From positions 5,582,001 to 5,646,000 of the forward strand of contig NC_087245.1 of the NCBI RefSeq assembly GCF_037042905.1: a stretch of 64,000 bases of DNA, given 5' to 3'. Numbering within the stretch: the first letter of the stretch is position 1; every line of letters begins with the position of its first letter. The translations under genes were made by a program, and so were the position numbers. Source of the DNA: Lytechinus pictus (taxonomy: Eukaryota). Shown one piece after another: positions 38,387 to 52,211 of this stretch. Under the pieces are notes generated by a model, which was not told the DNA's origin, made no database searches, and was given only the letters and a program-made list of their open reading frames with translations.

Positions 38387-38833
38387 AGACCAGCTCGTAG
38401 TTACTTCTGGGACAATTTTGGTCAAATGACCTTTCATTTCTTTCATTAAGATAGGTAGATTTCAAAGCAAGATATTACGTATGCATGCCTTACATAGCGG
38501 GATGAAGAAATTGAATAAACCAGGTGACTAGAATAGCACATCAATGAACACTCTATGAAGTTATTTGTTGCATTTCTACTTTGAATGCATACTAGAGGAT
38601 GTTGTACAATGTACTTGGCAAACTGTGAAATATACCAGTCATTCGTGGACGCATTTTTTTGTGTATGTGACTGAAAAACACAATTCAAAAGAATATATGA
38701 ATAATCAAGACATCGAATTTGGTGCTTATCTCATTAAATTTTAAACCACCATGTCACTTTAGTACAAATGACCTTCCTTTGATCATGCGCAGAATCTTCT
38801 GATCATGCGCAGAGTGGAACTACGAACTGGCTT
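38387..38833. mobile_element. Small TIR element with probable AT TSD
   Basis: AGACCAGCTCGTAGTT ... AACTACGAACTGGCTT. Removing it restores EKWLPIGRTYLL in the R4/Dong ORF. Confidence 0.7.
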
Positions 38834-41800
38834 ATTGGAAGGACCTATCTACTATACAAAGGCAAAGACCCAAAACAACCTAAGAACTATGGTCCAATCA
38901 CTTGCCTCAATACTATGTATAAGCTGTTGACATCAACGCTTGCCATGCACATCGAACGACACATCGATGATCATGACATAATGGAGGTCACTCAGAAAGG
39001 TTGTCGGAAAGGAAAGAAGGGTTGTAAAGATCACCTAATGACAAACAAAGCAATAATAGGTAATGCTCGCCAAATATCTATCCATGGCTTGGATAGACTA
39101 CAGGAAGGAATTTGACAGCGTACCACATAGTTGGATCATCAAAGTTCTAGAGATGTATCACATCAATCCACACATAGTCAAGTGCATCAGCAGGTATGAA
39201 ACAATGGAGCACTACTCTTTCGCTTACGATAGGGACCCGTTCGATGAGTGGAGGGGGTCCGAATCAAGAGAGGAATATTTCAAGGAGATTCACTATCTCC
39301 TCTTTTATTCTGCTTAGCTCTCAATCCAGTATGCTCTCTCTTACACGCTACGAGTTATGGCTACAGATACAAAGGGCACGATGTATCTACGACAATAAAT
39401 CATCTGATATATATGGATGATATCAAACTCTGCAAAAAATGACGATGAACTTCACAAGATGATAGCAGTAGTTAAACACATCAGTGATGACATCAAGATT
39501 TCGTTTGGTATAGACAAGTGTGCCAAAGTTACATTTTATACGAAGAAGGAGGGTAAAAACAGGCGACATGTTTGTGCAAGATGAGGAAACATCAATCAAG
39601 GAACTGACTAATGATTCGACATATAAATATCTAGGCATAGCTGAGAATGATGTCATTAGTCATAACACAATGGAGAAGGCAACATCAGAATACAAAAGAA
39701 GACTCAGGCTGATTCTCAAATCCGAACTGAATGCCAAAAACAAGATTGAAGCGATCAACACTCTAGCCATTCCTGTGCTTAGATACAGTTTTGGTATTGT
39801 TAACTGGAGACTAGCTGATATATGTGGCCTAGATGTTATGACCAGAAAGCAATTAACGATGCACAGATTACATCACACAAAGGCCGCAATCGAAAGGTTG
39901 TACCTACCCCGTGATCTTGGAGGAAGAGGTCTACAACAAATTGAGATGGTCTGGAACATGGAAGCAACGAACCTCGCCAACTACCTATCCAATCCACCTG
40001 ATATACTGACGAGTATATCCCTCGATTATGATAAAAGTCAAGCAATATACTCCATTAACAAGCAAGCATCTATCTTATTGGCACAACATCGACTGACACT
40101 ACCCTACGGTGAAAAAGAGAAGGCAAGACTTAGATGCTCCTTTCACAAGAAACTTCAAGAGCAACTTAAATCCAAGCGACTTCATGGCCACCATGAAAAA
40201 CAGACGCATCGGGAGTTCGTAGACCAGAAAGACTCCCATCAATGGCTTAAGTCGGCGGGACTAAGAGGTGGTGAGGACCCGTGCCTACGAAAAATCTATC
40301 CTCAGAACAGACACAGACGACACTTGCAGGAAGTGTGGAAAAGAGACCGAAACAATCATGCATTTGGTATCAGCATGTTCGACTCTTGCTGGAACTGAGT
40401 ACATCACAAGACATGACAATATTGGCAACTACTGAAGGATCGCGGTAAAATGACATGTGATCACGCTTGGGAACATCAGCCACAAACGATCACCACGATC
40501 AATAACAGCACCATATATTGACACTGTGGCATACTATTACTAACGGATAGAACCATCAACTGCAACAAGCCGGACATCATCGTCAGAGACAACAACGTAG
40601 TAAATATCATTGAGGTCTCTGTTCCCCATGATATCAACATTGCTGTAAAGGAAAGAGACAAACGGCTCAAGTATCAAGACATAAGGTTTGAGATCGAGAG
40701 GATGTGGAACGTGAAGGCAGAGGTCACACCAGTCATCATTGGTCACTCAGGAATGGTGAAGAAGGGAATGGAAGCCTGCATAACCAAGATCTCTCCTCAC
40801 CTTCGGATGTACGACATTCAGAAGGCAGCTATCTTGGGTACAACCAGATTGATAAGACTCTCGGACATTAGTAGTGTTAAGTTCCTAGTTGCACTTGAAA
40901 TTAATTGGTGCTTTTTGTTAGAGCAAAGTTATTCAAGAAAAATACGGACTTGATCCTGTTTAGAGGAGTAATAATAATAATAATAGTAATAATAATTATA
41001 ATAATAATGATATTAATGAAAACATACATTATGAAAATGATGATGATAATAATAATAAAAAATAGTAACTAATATTAATAATACTGAAAAATAAAATAAT
41101 GATTATAATAATAATAATGATAATCATAACAGTCAAGGCATTCCTCTGAAATGGTTGAAAGGTTAAATCTTATTCATCCACTCACTCACTATTACCTGCC
41201 TTCAACATCCATCTCTTCTTTCTTCCTCATATTATCTTTGACATCAACAATTCACCCCTCATATTCTCTGATATCACTCCTCCTTCTACCCCTCCCAACA
41301 TTCTCTTTGCTACGTTTACTACCCCTCCCCCATATTAGTGCCTATCTTTTTTCTGCTCATAACTAGTTCCCAATCCTTCCCTCAGTGAAGGTAAATATAC
41401 AATAATGCATACATAAATCATATTGTGAACAATGTGACATCGTATTTAGCAATAAGCACACAAATTTATTTCCTATGTTCTATGCAGCACAAAAAGTCTT
41501 GAGCACAGCAAATTATTTTTATCATGGAAAAAAATAATAAAAAAACAAAAATACTGTGAGGAAATATTCCTAATGGCATGTCAACACAATACAACATTTC
41601 ACAATTTAAGTACATGTATGCAGAAAATATAATAGGAATGTGACAACTGAATATGACAATAACTTTAGTCAAGAATGCATATACAGGTAAAATAATACTA
41701 ACTTCCACAAATAAAATTTAGATGAGGATTGTGTTGCCAACCAACGTTACTTTGTGTGAACAGCACCAGGAAAGTACAGAACATGGAGAGAAGTAGGCCT

Positions 41801-42220
41801 ATGTTGATGCTTGCATGGAAGGAGAATCAATTTGATCAATCATTCTTTTTCTTTCAAACTGAATCATATTGTAATACTTGGCCTTCTCAAGAAAGATCCC
41901 ATCCTGTAACATAAAACTCTTAATCAGCCATAGATACAGAACTTCAAATCAATTATCAATTCATGGGCAAATTAAATATTTACTAACATATACAGGATAA
42001 TAACTAGACCAGAAACCAAAAGATAAAATCAACAACTCAAGATAGACAAATTATTATTCTTTTTATGGTTGAAACATCAAAGATAATATTGTCTGTGATG
42101 TGCCCTTTTCTGTTTCAGACATCAAATGTTTCCATTGATATACTATAGGCAACAGTGTTTGATGATAGTAAGAAGCTCTCCTTCAGCTGTGCTGTTATTC
42201 AGCACAGCTGAATATATTTA

Positions 42221-42850
42221 CAGTTGAGGCCAGAAGTTTACATACACCCAGGAAATTCGTTGACACTTGCTAAACATAAAATTTTTGGTATCTTCTAAAT
42301 ATTTGTGCTATCATGACAAATTTGATATCAAACAAATTAGTATATCATGCTCCTTCATCACGTTGCTTTGTCATCAGGAGCTGAAAAATATTTAGGTGTC
42401 ATTTTTCCCCAAAACTCTTCATATTTTAGACAAATTAAAAATAAAAACTTGACAAAAACACTTCATATTTGTGCTAGTTACTTCTCAACACAAACATTTC
42501 AGATTACACTTTTTGTTTAGTGGTGACATATCATGATAGAAAATATAATATAAATCATAGATTTGGCATTTATATATTTCTGTGAAAACGATGTTTGAAA
42601 ATATAATAACAAACGATAGAATACATTTGGCACAAGTATTACTTGTTTTAAAGAAAATTCCACCTGAAATATACTTTAATCCCAACTTCATCCCAATCAT
42701 GTGAAAGAACTTAATATGCTCTTTCATTTGATACCACATTCATCATGGTAATATTTATATTTCTGAAGATATAGTAAATTTTTCAATGTTTGACAAGCGA
42801 ATAAATTTCACTGAATTCCATGGGTGTATGTAAACTTTTGGCCTCAACTG
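42221..42850. mobile_element. Tc1-family MITE
   Basis: TA-CAGTTGAGGCCAGAAGTTTACATACACCCA ... TGGGTGTATGTAAACTTTTGGCCTCAACTG-TA. Confidence 0.88.
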
Positions 42851-44380
42851 TACATTGTGTAAAATATATGCTACACACAAAGCTATTATGCTTAATAATA
42901 TAATTACCATGAGGACTGGAAATTACACGAATAAGCACAGCTTATTCTACAACTTCGCAGTTTGAATACATGGCATATATATGTATCATTGAAATATGTT
43001 TCATTATTTGGGACGAATGTCTGTTAATGAATGTAATGATAAATTTGAATATTTTTTTTTTATTACACATGATCTTCAGCCTTTGGTCTAAAAACAGAAT
43101 GTCACTTAATTGTGCTATAAACATAGAAGTGATTACAATAATAAAGCTCTATGGTTATACCTAATAACTTCAAATTTTAAGCCTCTCAAGTTTTGGTCAC
43201 CTCCAAAAAAAGTGAAAGTGTTAAACACTATTCCAGTTCAACGGGCCTTAAAAGAGAGGGAGAACAAAAATCATGATAAATGTCTTCACAAATAAAATTT
43301 TAATTAAAAAAAGAATCAATGGGCAAAACAGTCACTACAGATTTGCAAGATTGTAATGTCAGATAATACACAAAATATATTTCATATAATTGAACATTTA
43401 CAAATTTAAAGCTTTTACTCAGCCTTAAAGATGCCATCATTTTAAGACAATTTATGAATCAGACATCAATGCAGAGGTTATAAGTGATAAATAAAATAAT
43501 AAATAGCAGTAAAGGACGTTTTAACCTGGCAATTGTTCACTAGTCCTGTATTGATTGCACAGAAACATTGTTAGTGCTAACAGAGGCCCTGTTACAATCA
43601 TTAATGTGGCAGCAATGCCTAATGTTACGACTATGCATTACTTACATTTTGAATTAAATATTTTAACTTCACAATCCAATAGATGTGACTGGGCTTACTA
43701 TCATCGCTTTGTTTATAGGCTAACAACATTTCTGTGTGGCCGGCAATGAAAAGCAGTACAAAGTTTACTTGGTCCATTTTCTCTTTTATACTGCTTTTGC
43801 AAATATGAGCAAACCCAATAATAGTTCCATGACCGTCTGCTCTACAAAAGTCAGGTTTAGCAAAGCAAACAAAGGCATGACTGCTTGAATGGGATTAAAG
43901 TTATAATTTTACAAAATTAAAGATAAACAAAAGGATAGTATGTAGATCATAATAAGTGGCTAACAAAACCAAGTAGGAAAGGCATACAGTAAATAAATTC
44001 TTCAAATCTTTGATGGAGGTTAACAGCTCTTTTAAAGATTTTTACAAAATTGTTTCAAAATGAGAATGTTATTACACGATACAGCATCGATGACATCACA
44101 TAGTTACAAAGATTTTGCATTCAAGAGATCAGATCAGACAAACAGGAGCAACACACTACATGTATCAGTGCATAATTTTATTTGGAGTAGAAGTAAATCG
44201 CTGGAATATGCACCACACAAACATAATCCTGTTATCATAAATAATAAAGTAAGTGACCAGAAAGCCTGACCACCCCCCGACTGCTATTTTATACTAAGAC
44301 ACAATAGTAAGGCAAAACAATTGCTAACCTTACATTCATCATATACAAAACAATAGGGAATGTGAGGATGCCACTGTTAA

Positions 44381-46391
44381 AGGACAAGTCCACCCCAACA
44401 AAACGCTGATTTGAATAGAAAGAGAAAAATCAAACAAGCATAACACTGAAAATTTCATCAAAATCGGATGTAAAATAAGAAAGTTATAACATTTTGAAGT
44501 TTTGCTTAATTTTTCAAAACAGTTATATGCACATCCTGGTCTGTATGCAAATGAGGGAACCGATGACGTCACCCACTTACTATTTCTTTTGTATTTTATT
44601 ATATGAAATATTTTGATTCTCTCGTCATTGTCATGTGAAACAAAGTTTCATTCCTCCCTGAACACATGTAATTCCATTATTTTAACATTTTGTGGATCAA
44701 GCAAGGGGGTCATAATTATCAAATTTGTAAAAATTGAAATATTGTATAATTCAAACAATAAACTAGCACATCAATGATGTGGAGCTCATCCGGCATCTCG
44801 CAACAAAATTTAACAATTTTAATTTCAGCCCAGTTGAAACTGTAGTGAATTACATTGGTGACATAAATTGAGGATATAGAATTTAAATTGATGAAGAAAT
44901 GACATAGAAGCATTTTTTGTGATCTATGAATAAATTTCATATAAATTAAGCATAAATAATTTTCTAATCAAAATTTCTAAACTCTGTGTAGAACCTTGGT
45001 GAACCTCATGTAGCTCTCAGATGGAACAAATATAATCAAAATCAATCAACAAATAAATAAGCATTTTTTGTGAGTTTTGAAAATATATGAATAAATTAGC
45101 ATATTTAATGAGTTTCAAAAATCTGCGTTGAAATTTTGTATCTCCACCTCGAGCTATCATATAAAGCAAACAAAATTGAAATTGATCAATAAATGAAGAA
45201 GAAAAAAATGTTTTTTGTGATTTATGAATAAACTTTGCATAAATAATTTTCTAGACATAATTTTGTGTACAAGTTTGGTGAACCTCATGCAGCTCTACCA
45301 GATGGAAGGAAAAAAAAAAATCAAAATCGGTCAACAAATAAAGAAGAGGCATTTTCTGTGATTTATGAATACATTTCGCAAAATTAGCATAAATAATTTT
45401 CTACTGAAAATTTCAAAATTCTGTGTAGAAGTTTGGTGAACCTCATTAAGTTCTACCAGATGGAAGAAAAAAAAATCAAAACCGGTCAACAATTAAAGAA
45501 GCACTTTATGTGAATTTTCAAAAATATGCATAAATTAGCATATCTAATGAGTTTCAAAATTCTGTGTAGAAGTTTTGAATCCCCCACCTAATGCTATCAT
45601 ATAAAGCAAACAGAATTGAAATCAGACTTGAAATGACGAAGAAGAAGCATTTTGAAATTCAGTCAACAAATAAAGAGGCATTTTCTGTGATTTATGAATT
45701 TTGCATAAATTAGCATAAATAATTTTCTACTCCAAATTTAAAAATTCTGTGTGGAGTTTGGTGAACCTCATGAAGCTCAACCAGATGGAAGAAAAAAAAA
45801 AAATCGGTCAACAAATAAAGAAGAAAAAGCATTTTATGTGAATTTTTAAAAATATGCATAATTCATTTCGCATAAATTAGCATAAAATTTGTTCTAGTCA
45901 AAATTTCAAAATTCTGTGTAGAAGCAAAAAATTCAAAATCGGTCTGTAAATAAAGAAGCATTTTTTTTTAATTTTGAAAAATGCGCATAAATTAGCATAT
46001 TAAATGAGTTTCAAAATTCTGTATAGAAGTTTTGAATCCCCCACCTAGTGCTATCATATAAAGCAAACAGAATTGAAATCAGACTTGAAATGGCGAAGAA
46101 GAAGCATTTTGAAATTGTGGACAGACCACGGACGCCACGGCAAAAGCTCATCTGGCCCTTCGGGCTGGATGAGCTAAAAACAAAAGAAATAGTGAGTGAG
46201 TGACATCATCGACTCTGTCATTTGCATATCACTGAGTTGACCATAGAACTGTTTTGTGAAAAATAAGCGAAACTTTAAAATGTCATAACTTTCTTATTTC
46301 ACATCCAATTTTGATGAAGTTTTCAGCGTTATTCATGTTTGATTTTTTCTCTATTTATCCAACTCAACTTTTTATGGGATGGACTTGACCT
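44381..46391. mobile_element. TTAA-flanked Kolobok-like non-autonomous element with a nested satellite-bearing element
   Basis: TTAA-AGGACAAGTCCACCCC ... GGGATGGACTTGACCT-TTAA; related fragments at about 15480-15720, 51590-51787 and 63770-64000. Confidence 0.75.
44760..46180. mobile_element. Helentron-associated-like element with internal tandem repeats
   Basis: GAGCTCATCC near the left end; terminal hairpin AGCTCATCTGGCCCTTCGGGCTGGATGAGCT before an A-run; internal degenerate repeats of GCATAAATTAGCATA..AAAATTCTGTGTAGAAGTTT. Confidence 0.6.
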
Positions 46392-49300
46392 TTAAAGATA
46401 ATTGGTACCTGGTGGTATATTTGGTCATACATGCATTCATGCACAACCGATTAGGTATTTTGGTGTTCCTTACTATTCAGTCAATAATATATTGTTTTCT
46501 CTGCATTTACTTTGGCATTGATATTTCTATCTGATCAATTCTTATAAAATGCAACAATAAGCTTGTTTGTTCAATATGCATTCCATTGAATAACAAAGCA
46601 TATTGTATTAAATTAATTTTTGTCTCTATAATGAAAAACATTCTGATATATTATCTTCCAATACGGATGAAAGTGAAAGATCTGTGCGGTTGGAATAGTA
46701 TAATCGCTACATCCATTTCACTTGTGAACAAAAATATATTGTTCAGGATTTTAAGACAAAGTGATGTCTTAAAAAGTTATGTGCATAATACAACAATATA
46801 CAGATCAATTTTTCATATGTATTGCCATTACCCTCAACCAAATACCCGCACGGCACATCACTTTAAAAGATGCACTTAAGTACAAAATACAAACATTTTC
46901 AGTAGAACCAGCTACATGACAGATGATAAAACACACTATGCTTCACTAGGCACTTATGATTTTACACATCATAATTGTGAAACCATGGCTCCTTATATTA
47001 GATTTAATATAAAACAACTTTTGACAAGCTTTTCTTCCTAGCAAGTGCCATTCCAATATACATATACATCACAATTAACATTTGGTGACATCTGGAATGG
47101 CCATTCATAAATATATGTAAACAGATAACACGTTGAAGTAAGAGTAAACTTTTGTATAAAAAAAAAGGAATGAAAAGGAAAGGAGATATGGATTCTTATT
47201 GCATTAGGTCAACATTTTTCCTTGTAAACAGAGAACACAATTTTAAATATAGTGTTAAATTCACGATATGTTAAATATTCCAGTCAAACAGGTCAATCTT
47301 TGCAATCAATACATGTAGTATTGACCAATCCCCTCTTGTAATCACAAAAATATTTGCAGGCTTAATCATGATGTGCAAACAAACATACAAATAAAATAAA
47401 AATGAATTGCTAACTCCTTTACGGGCCCCAATGCCTTTTGCAGGACTTCATGTAGTTTGTGAGTTCAACGCGAATCAGTAGATCCATCAGATTTTATTCA
47501 GGCAAGCTTCATACACAGGGTACATATCTGTACTACATTTACAAACTAACATTTTTATTCCTTTTTAGGAATCAAAGAATATTTGCAATCTATTAAGACA
47601 GCCATATATGATAATCCACACACTCACAACAAACAGTGAATAAGGTGCAATATAAAAACAATTATCATTCAAGTGTTATCAAGACAGCTTCAATTTAAAT
47701 TCTGTTTATTTTCTACATTCTGTATATATACTATGAGATTCAGGAAAATTCACTTTCAAAAGCCCATCACCTATTGCTAAGTTATTCATCTTATTGCTGT
47801 ACAATAGTCATATTCTCTTTCTGCAATAAATCAAATTTGGCATTTTCCTGCATTGTCCAATCAGACAAGGTTCTATCTTTTTGAATAAATTAATTCCTCT
47901 CAAGAAACAAAAAATCCTGTAGATGGCACTTATTTATTTCATATCAACTTCATAATGCATATTAATGATAACTATTAAAAAAAGAACCCTTAAACCATAA
48001 TTTGGGATAAACAGATGATTCTGTTCAAATGCATGAAAATCAATTCACTTATTTGCAGGCTCGATTTACACACACACAAAAAACCAACCCTGATATCACT
48101 ACAACAAACAAGTTAAAAAAAAATAGCAACAAATAATTTGGAGTTTGAAGGCAAGTCAGTTAAACCTTGTAATGGAACTGCAAATATACTGACAGGTATA
48201 ACATAAGATGCAAGAGAGAATGGAGACAAGCAAAACATTATTGGATTTGGACAAGAAAAAATGAGAGATATGAATTTGTGAATGTGTGTAATCAAATTTA
48301 GAATTCAATTGAAGCCGTGAAATGAAGATAAAGTGCTGTACAGTTGTCCACACACACAAAAGTATGAAATGTAATGTTTTTCAACATGACTCAAGCAAAT
48401 TTTCAATATTATTACATCATGAACAATATTCAGGGAATATTGGATGGCCTTGAGTGGGATGCAAAGAAATATTGTTCTTCAGCGAGTAACAATATTTCTA
48501 CGCATCCCACGAAAATTGGTCATCCAATATTATTATTATTATTTAGATACCCCCAAAAAGCTAGAAGTAATGAAGCAAAAAAAATTGTTTTAGTAACGAG
48601 CATTTATGGCAATCCTGTAAATCATGAGCATGCATGGCATCTGAGTATTGTCATTTTTTAAAAAGAAATCTCTGTAATGAGCTGAGATAAAGAAAGATGC
48701 GCTAGCGTATTATAGTGCAAGCGAATTTGAATTCAATGAATTGACGCTCCTTTACCACACCTCCTGACAACTAATACGCAATGCAATTTCTTTGTGACGT
48801 AACAATAGCATCATGCATCATTTATTGACCAATGATTATCTTGCGGGCGGGGCAAAATATTCATTTCGTCCAATATTTTCAATATTGGATGGTTTTCTTA
48901 GGCATGCACTTTAAAATCAGTTTTAATATTTTGTCTCTTTGAAACAACCTCGTCAGACGTCAAAAAATATCTGCACCTCTAAAAACCTTACATCTAAATA
49001 ATAATCCACAATATACTGTGACATATGTCTTTATGTATACAAGTTTCTGATATGACAAACAAGAGTGCATTGGCAAATTCACAAATTTCACCTGATTTAA
49101 ATAAGGCAAATACCAAGAAAAAAAATGTTGTCCTAATTTACAGAGCATATGTAATTACCACCATTTTCCACTCTGCACTTACAAACTTGATGGAGTTAAG
49201 ACAAGTTTAAATTGCATTCTAACAGCTGACGTATTAAATTCACATACTGATATGAATGAATATATTTTCAAGGTGATGAGTTCAAGAGATACTTTGGTCT

Positions 49301-49795
49301 CATACATGTAGTGAATGGAAATTATCAGTATACTCACAATCTTATCCTGTCGTGGTAAAAAGTTCATAAATCATAAAATTGAGAAAAAAATACAGTTCTG
49401 GACCATCTGCAACTTTCATACAACATTTAAATTAAATGTACATGTGTTATATCTATTGTAAGGCAATAAATAAATAAATAAATAAATACCAGAATTTCAG
49501 TTCACACTTCAAAATGTAATTTGTGAAACATTTCTAACAACAAACTCATTCATCACACACACTTTGTATGTTGACTGACTTGACTCCTGTCATGTAACAA
49601 TATAAATTGAATAAACTCAATAATTCAATATTTATTGGAATTTCTAAACGTAAGAAAGGCAACAAGCCAACACTGAAATATGATGGTGCTAGAGGTAATG
49701 AATGATATATGTTATAATAAATGCAAGCAGTCGTTGAAATCTCTAGAAATAAGGATACCATTCTCATTCAGGTTGTACAATATCATATCAAAGAC

Positions 49796-49980
49796 TCATA
49801 TACTTGCATTAAATCCTCTTAATCTAACCCCATCCTGGTAATCTTCATCAAGGGCAAGACATTTCTCAAACTCTCTTCTAAGTTGGTCTGCTTCAGCCGA
49901 TCCTCCAGAGTCTTCCAAGATGTTACCAGAGTCTTCAATCACATTGGGAAAGTCTGGGCCATCATCATCATCCCGGGGTC
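49796..49980 (-). CDS. PASK: PASK distal terminal coding exon
   Basis: cag| acceptor in phase with the 52866 donor; GPRDDDDGPDFPNVIED...LRREFEKCLAL...stop. Confidence 0.6.
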
Positions 49981-50139
49981 CTGTGATTATGACCAAACAA
50001 ATCCAAATGTGGATGTTACTACATTTGTAATAATACTACTACTACTACTAATAATAATACTAATAATAATACTACTGCTACTACTACTAATAATAATAAT
50101 AGTAACAATAATAATAATAATAATAATAGCTGGATTCAT

Positions 50140-50388
50140 ATAGTGCTTTTTGCCTGCGAATACAAAGCGCTTGCTATCATTACCCCGGCTTTGCTCGAGT
50201 TACCATCACCGGCACTCAGTGCATTCAAGAAATTAATCCTGCCCGGCACCCATTCACCTCACCTGGGTAGAGTGCAGCAAAGTGTGGATAAATTTCTTGC
50301 TGAAGGAAAACGCCCCATGGTCAGGATTTGAACCCATGTCTCTCTGTTTGAAAGGAGAGAGTAAGAACCACTATACCACAACATGCCC
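50140..50388 (-). mobile_element. tRNA-derived SINE related to the 16968 family
   Basis: Minus strand has GGTTCAAATCC and the core CTCTACCCAGGTGAGGTGAATGGGTGCC; followed by an (ATT/AGT)n tail. Confidence 0.75.
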
Positions 50389-52211
50389 ATGAAGGAGATT
50401 CTTTCAAATTGCAAGCCCATTTTGCAAGACAATTTCTCTGCATTGTTGGAATGTCTATCTCCACCCTACTGTTCATAAAGGACATAAATTAGTAATATTG
50501 TTTTTTTACTGTCTGGAATACTCTTTAGGGTAAGAGAGAGTTTAAAAGCAATGTATGTGAGTAAATCTGATGGCCTTATTACCAGTCACTGGCAAACTGG
50601 CCAGGTTTCGTTTGCCCCCATCCAACAATAATATCAAAATAATTAAAAAAGTAATGACGATGATGAAGAATGAAGATGATGATTATAATAATGTAAATAA
50701 TTTACAAAATGTCTATATCAATTAAAAAAAAAAATATTTGAATTTAAAATGATATTAATGGTAAACAAATAATAAATACGTGAAAATAAAATAAAAATTA
50801 TTTTATGAGAAAACCGTACTTGCATTGTATTTTCCAACATGATTATTTCTGTACAGAAATATTTTGGATATTTGCCTTTTTCACATTATCAAATCTATGA
50901 TAAGAAAAAAAAATGATTTGACTTATTCATCCACTTGTTTTATAGGTTATCAGATACCTTCTTTAATTAGTATGTAGTAGTTTGTGTTTTATGTCTTAAT
51001 ATTATCAAAAAAGAGTAATGTTATCATCACAAAGCAGTATATTTTGTTTAAGGCTGATTAGCCCCACTGCAATGTGTCCTATCCAAAACTTGGCAACCTC
51101 AATATAGTGCCTGATCATTGTCTATGATTCTAAAGGAATTACCCTTCCAATTACAGTCACATAAAATACTGATCAATAATCCTCATGCAACACCATCACA
51201 ATTACTACAAACATAGAAATAACTGCTTTAATAAACCAATATTCGACATGCCATATTTTCACAATGTAGAAAGTGCAATCTACTACATTGCATTTGATTG
51301 CATTCCAATATACGCTTAGTTTATAAAGACAGAAACTTTTCTTGAGGTTATATGTTACAAAACAATGCACAAGGCGATATCCAAAAGACGGAGGGGGAGT
51401 TGCTGATAAGATCTTGCCAATTGAAAGTTGAAAGATGACAAAAATTGTTGTGCACATTACCCACAAATATTAAAATCATATATTTTATGATAACAAATTT
51501 TCTAATTCAATAAGCTGCCATCGTTATAAGCTGGGTTTTTTTTTCTTCAAAGAGTTGACTTATTGTCATATCTACAAAAATTGAAATATTCTATCTCCTA
51601 AAATAAAATACAAAAGGAACAGTGAGTCACACCATCCGATCTCTCATTTTCATGTCACCCATAAAAAACCCCTGACAAATGTCAAAACTTTATTATTACT
51701 TGTGATTTTTTAATGAATATTTCAGTGTTATGCTTGCCTTTATTTTGATATTTAATCACATTGTTGTTGGGGTAGATTTGATCTTAAAAGAATATTACTG
51801 GAAGCTCCATGAATTGCCAATTGAGAGTTACATATGTATGCAAGACAACTTCCACCCCTTCTTTATACATGTACATGTTATGATGGACTAAAATACACTT
51901 CATTCAAGAAGGCACATTAATATACTTCAGTTCATTACAAGACAAGTTGTTCTATGGTGTATATACTGTACATGCATGCCATATTCAATAGTGGAAATTG
52001 ACAGAAAAATGGGTCTGAGTGAGAGCAGCAAGAATAATCTATAGTTCTATGTTATGTACATGTTGGAATGTTTGCTGAAACAAGGTGACATGCTTTTTAA
52101 TAGAAATGACCGACTCCCATAGAGGAACAACACATTCTGCATGTAACCGTTTAACAAAATTTCATGCTGATATTGACTGATGTAAACAGCATGCATAGAG
52201 AATGTCTTACT

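Larger units (their letters stand above)
35768..40968 (+). mobile_element. 5'-truncated, frameshifted R4/Dong-clade RLE non-LTR retrotransposon in a (TAA)n tract
   Basis: NWKSPGPDG, QKGCRKG..GCKDHL, GIFQGDSLSPLLF, HLIYMDDIKL, YKYLG, CRKC..ETIMHLVSAC knuckle, RHD, KPDIIV..IIEVSVP endonuclease; (TAA)n on both flanks. Confidence 0.88.
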
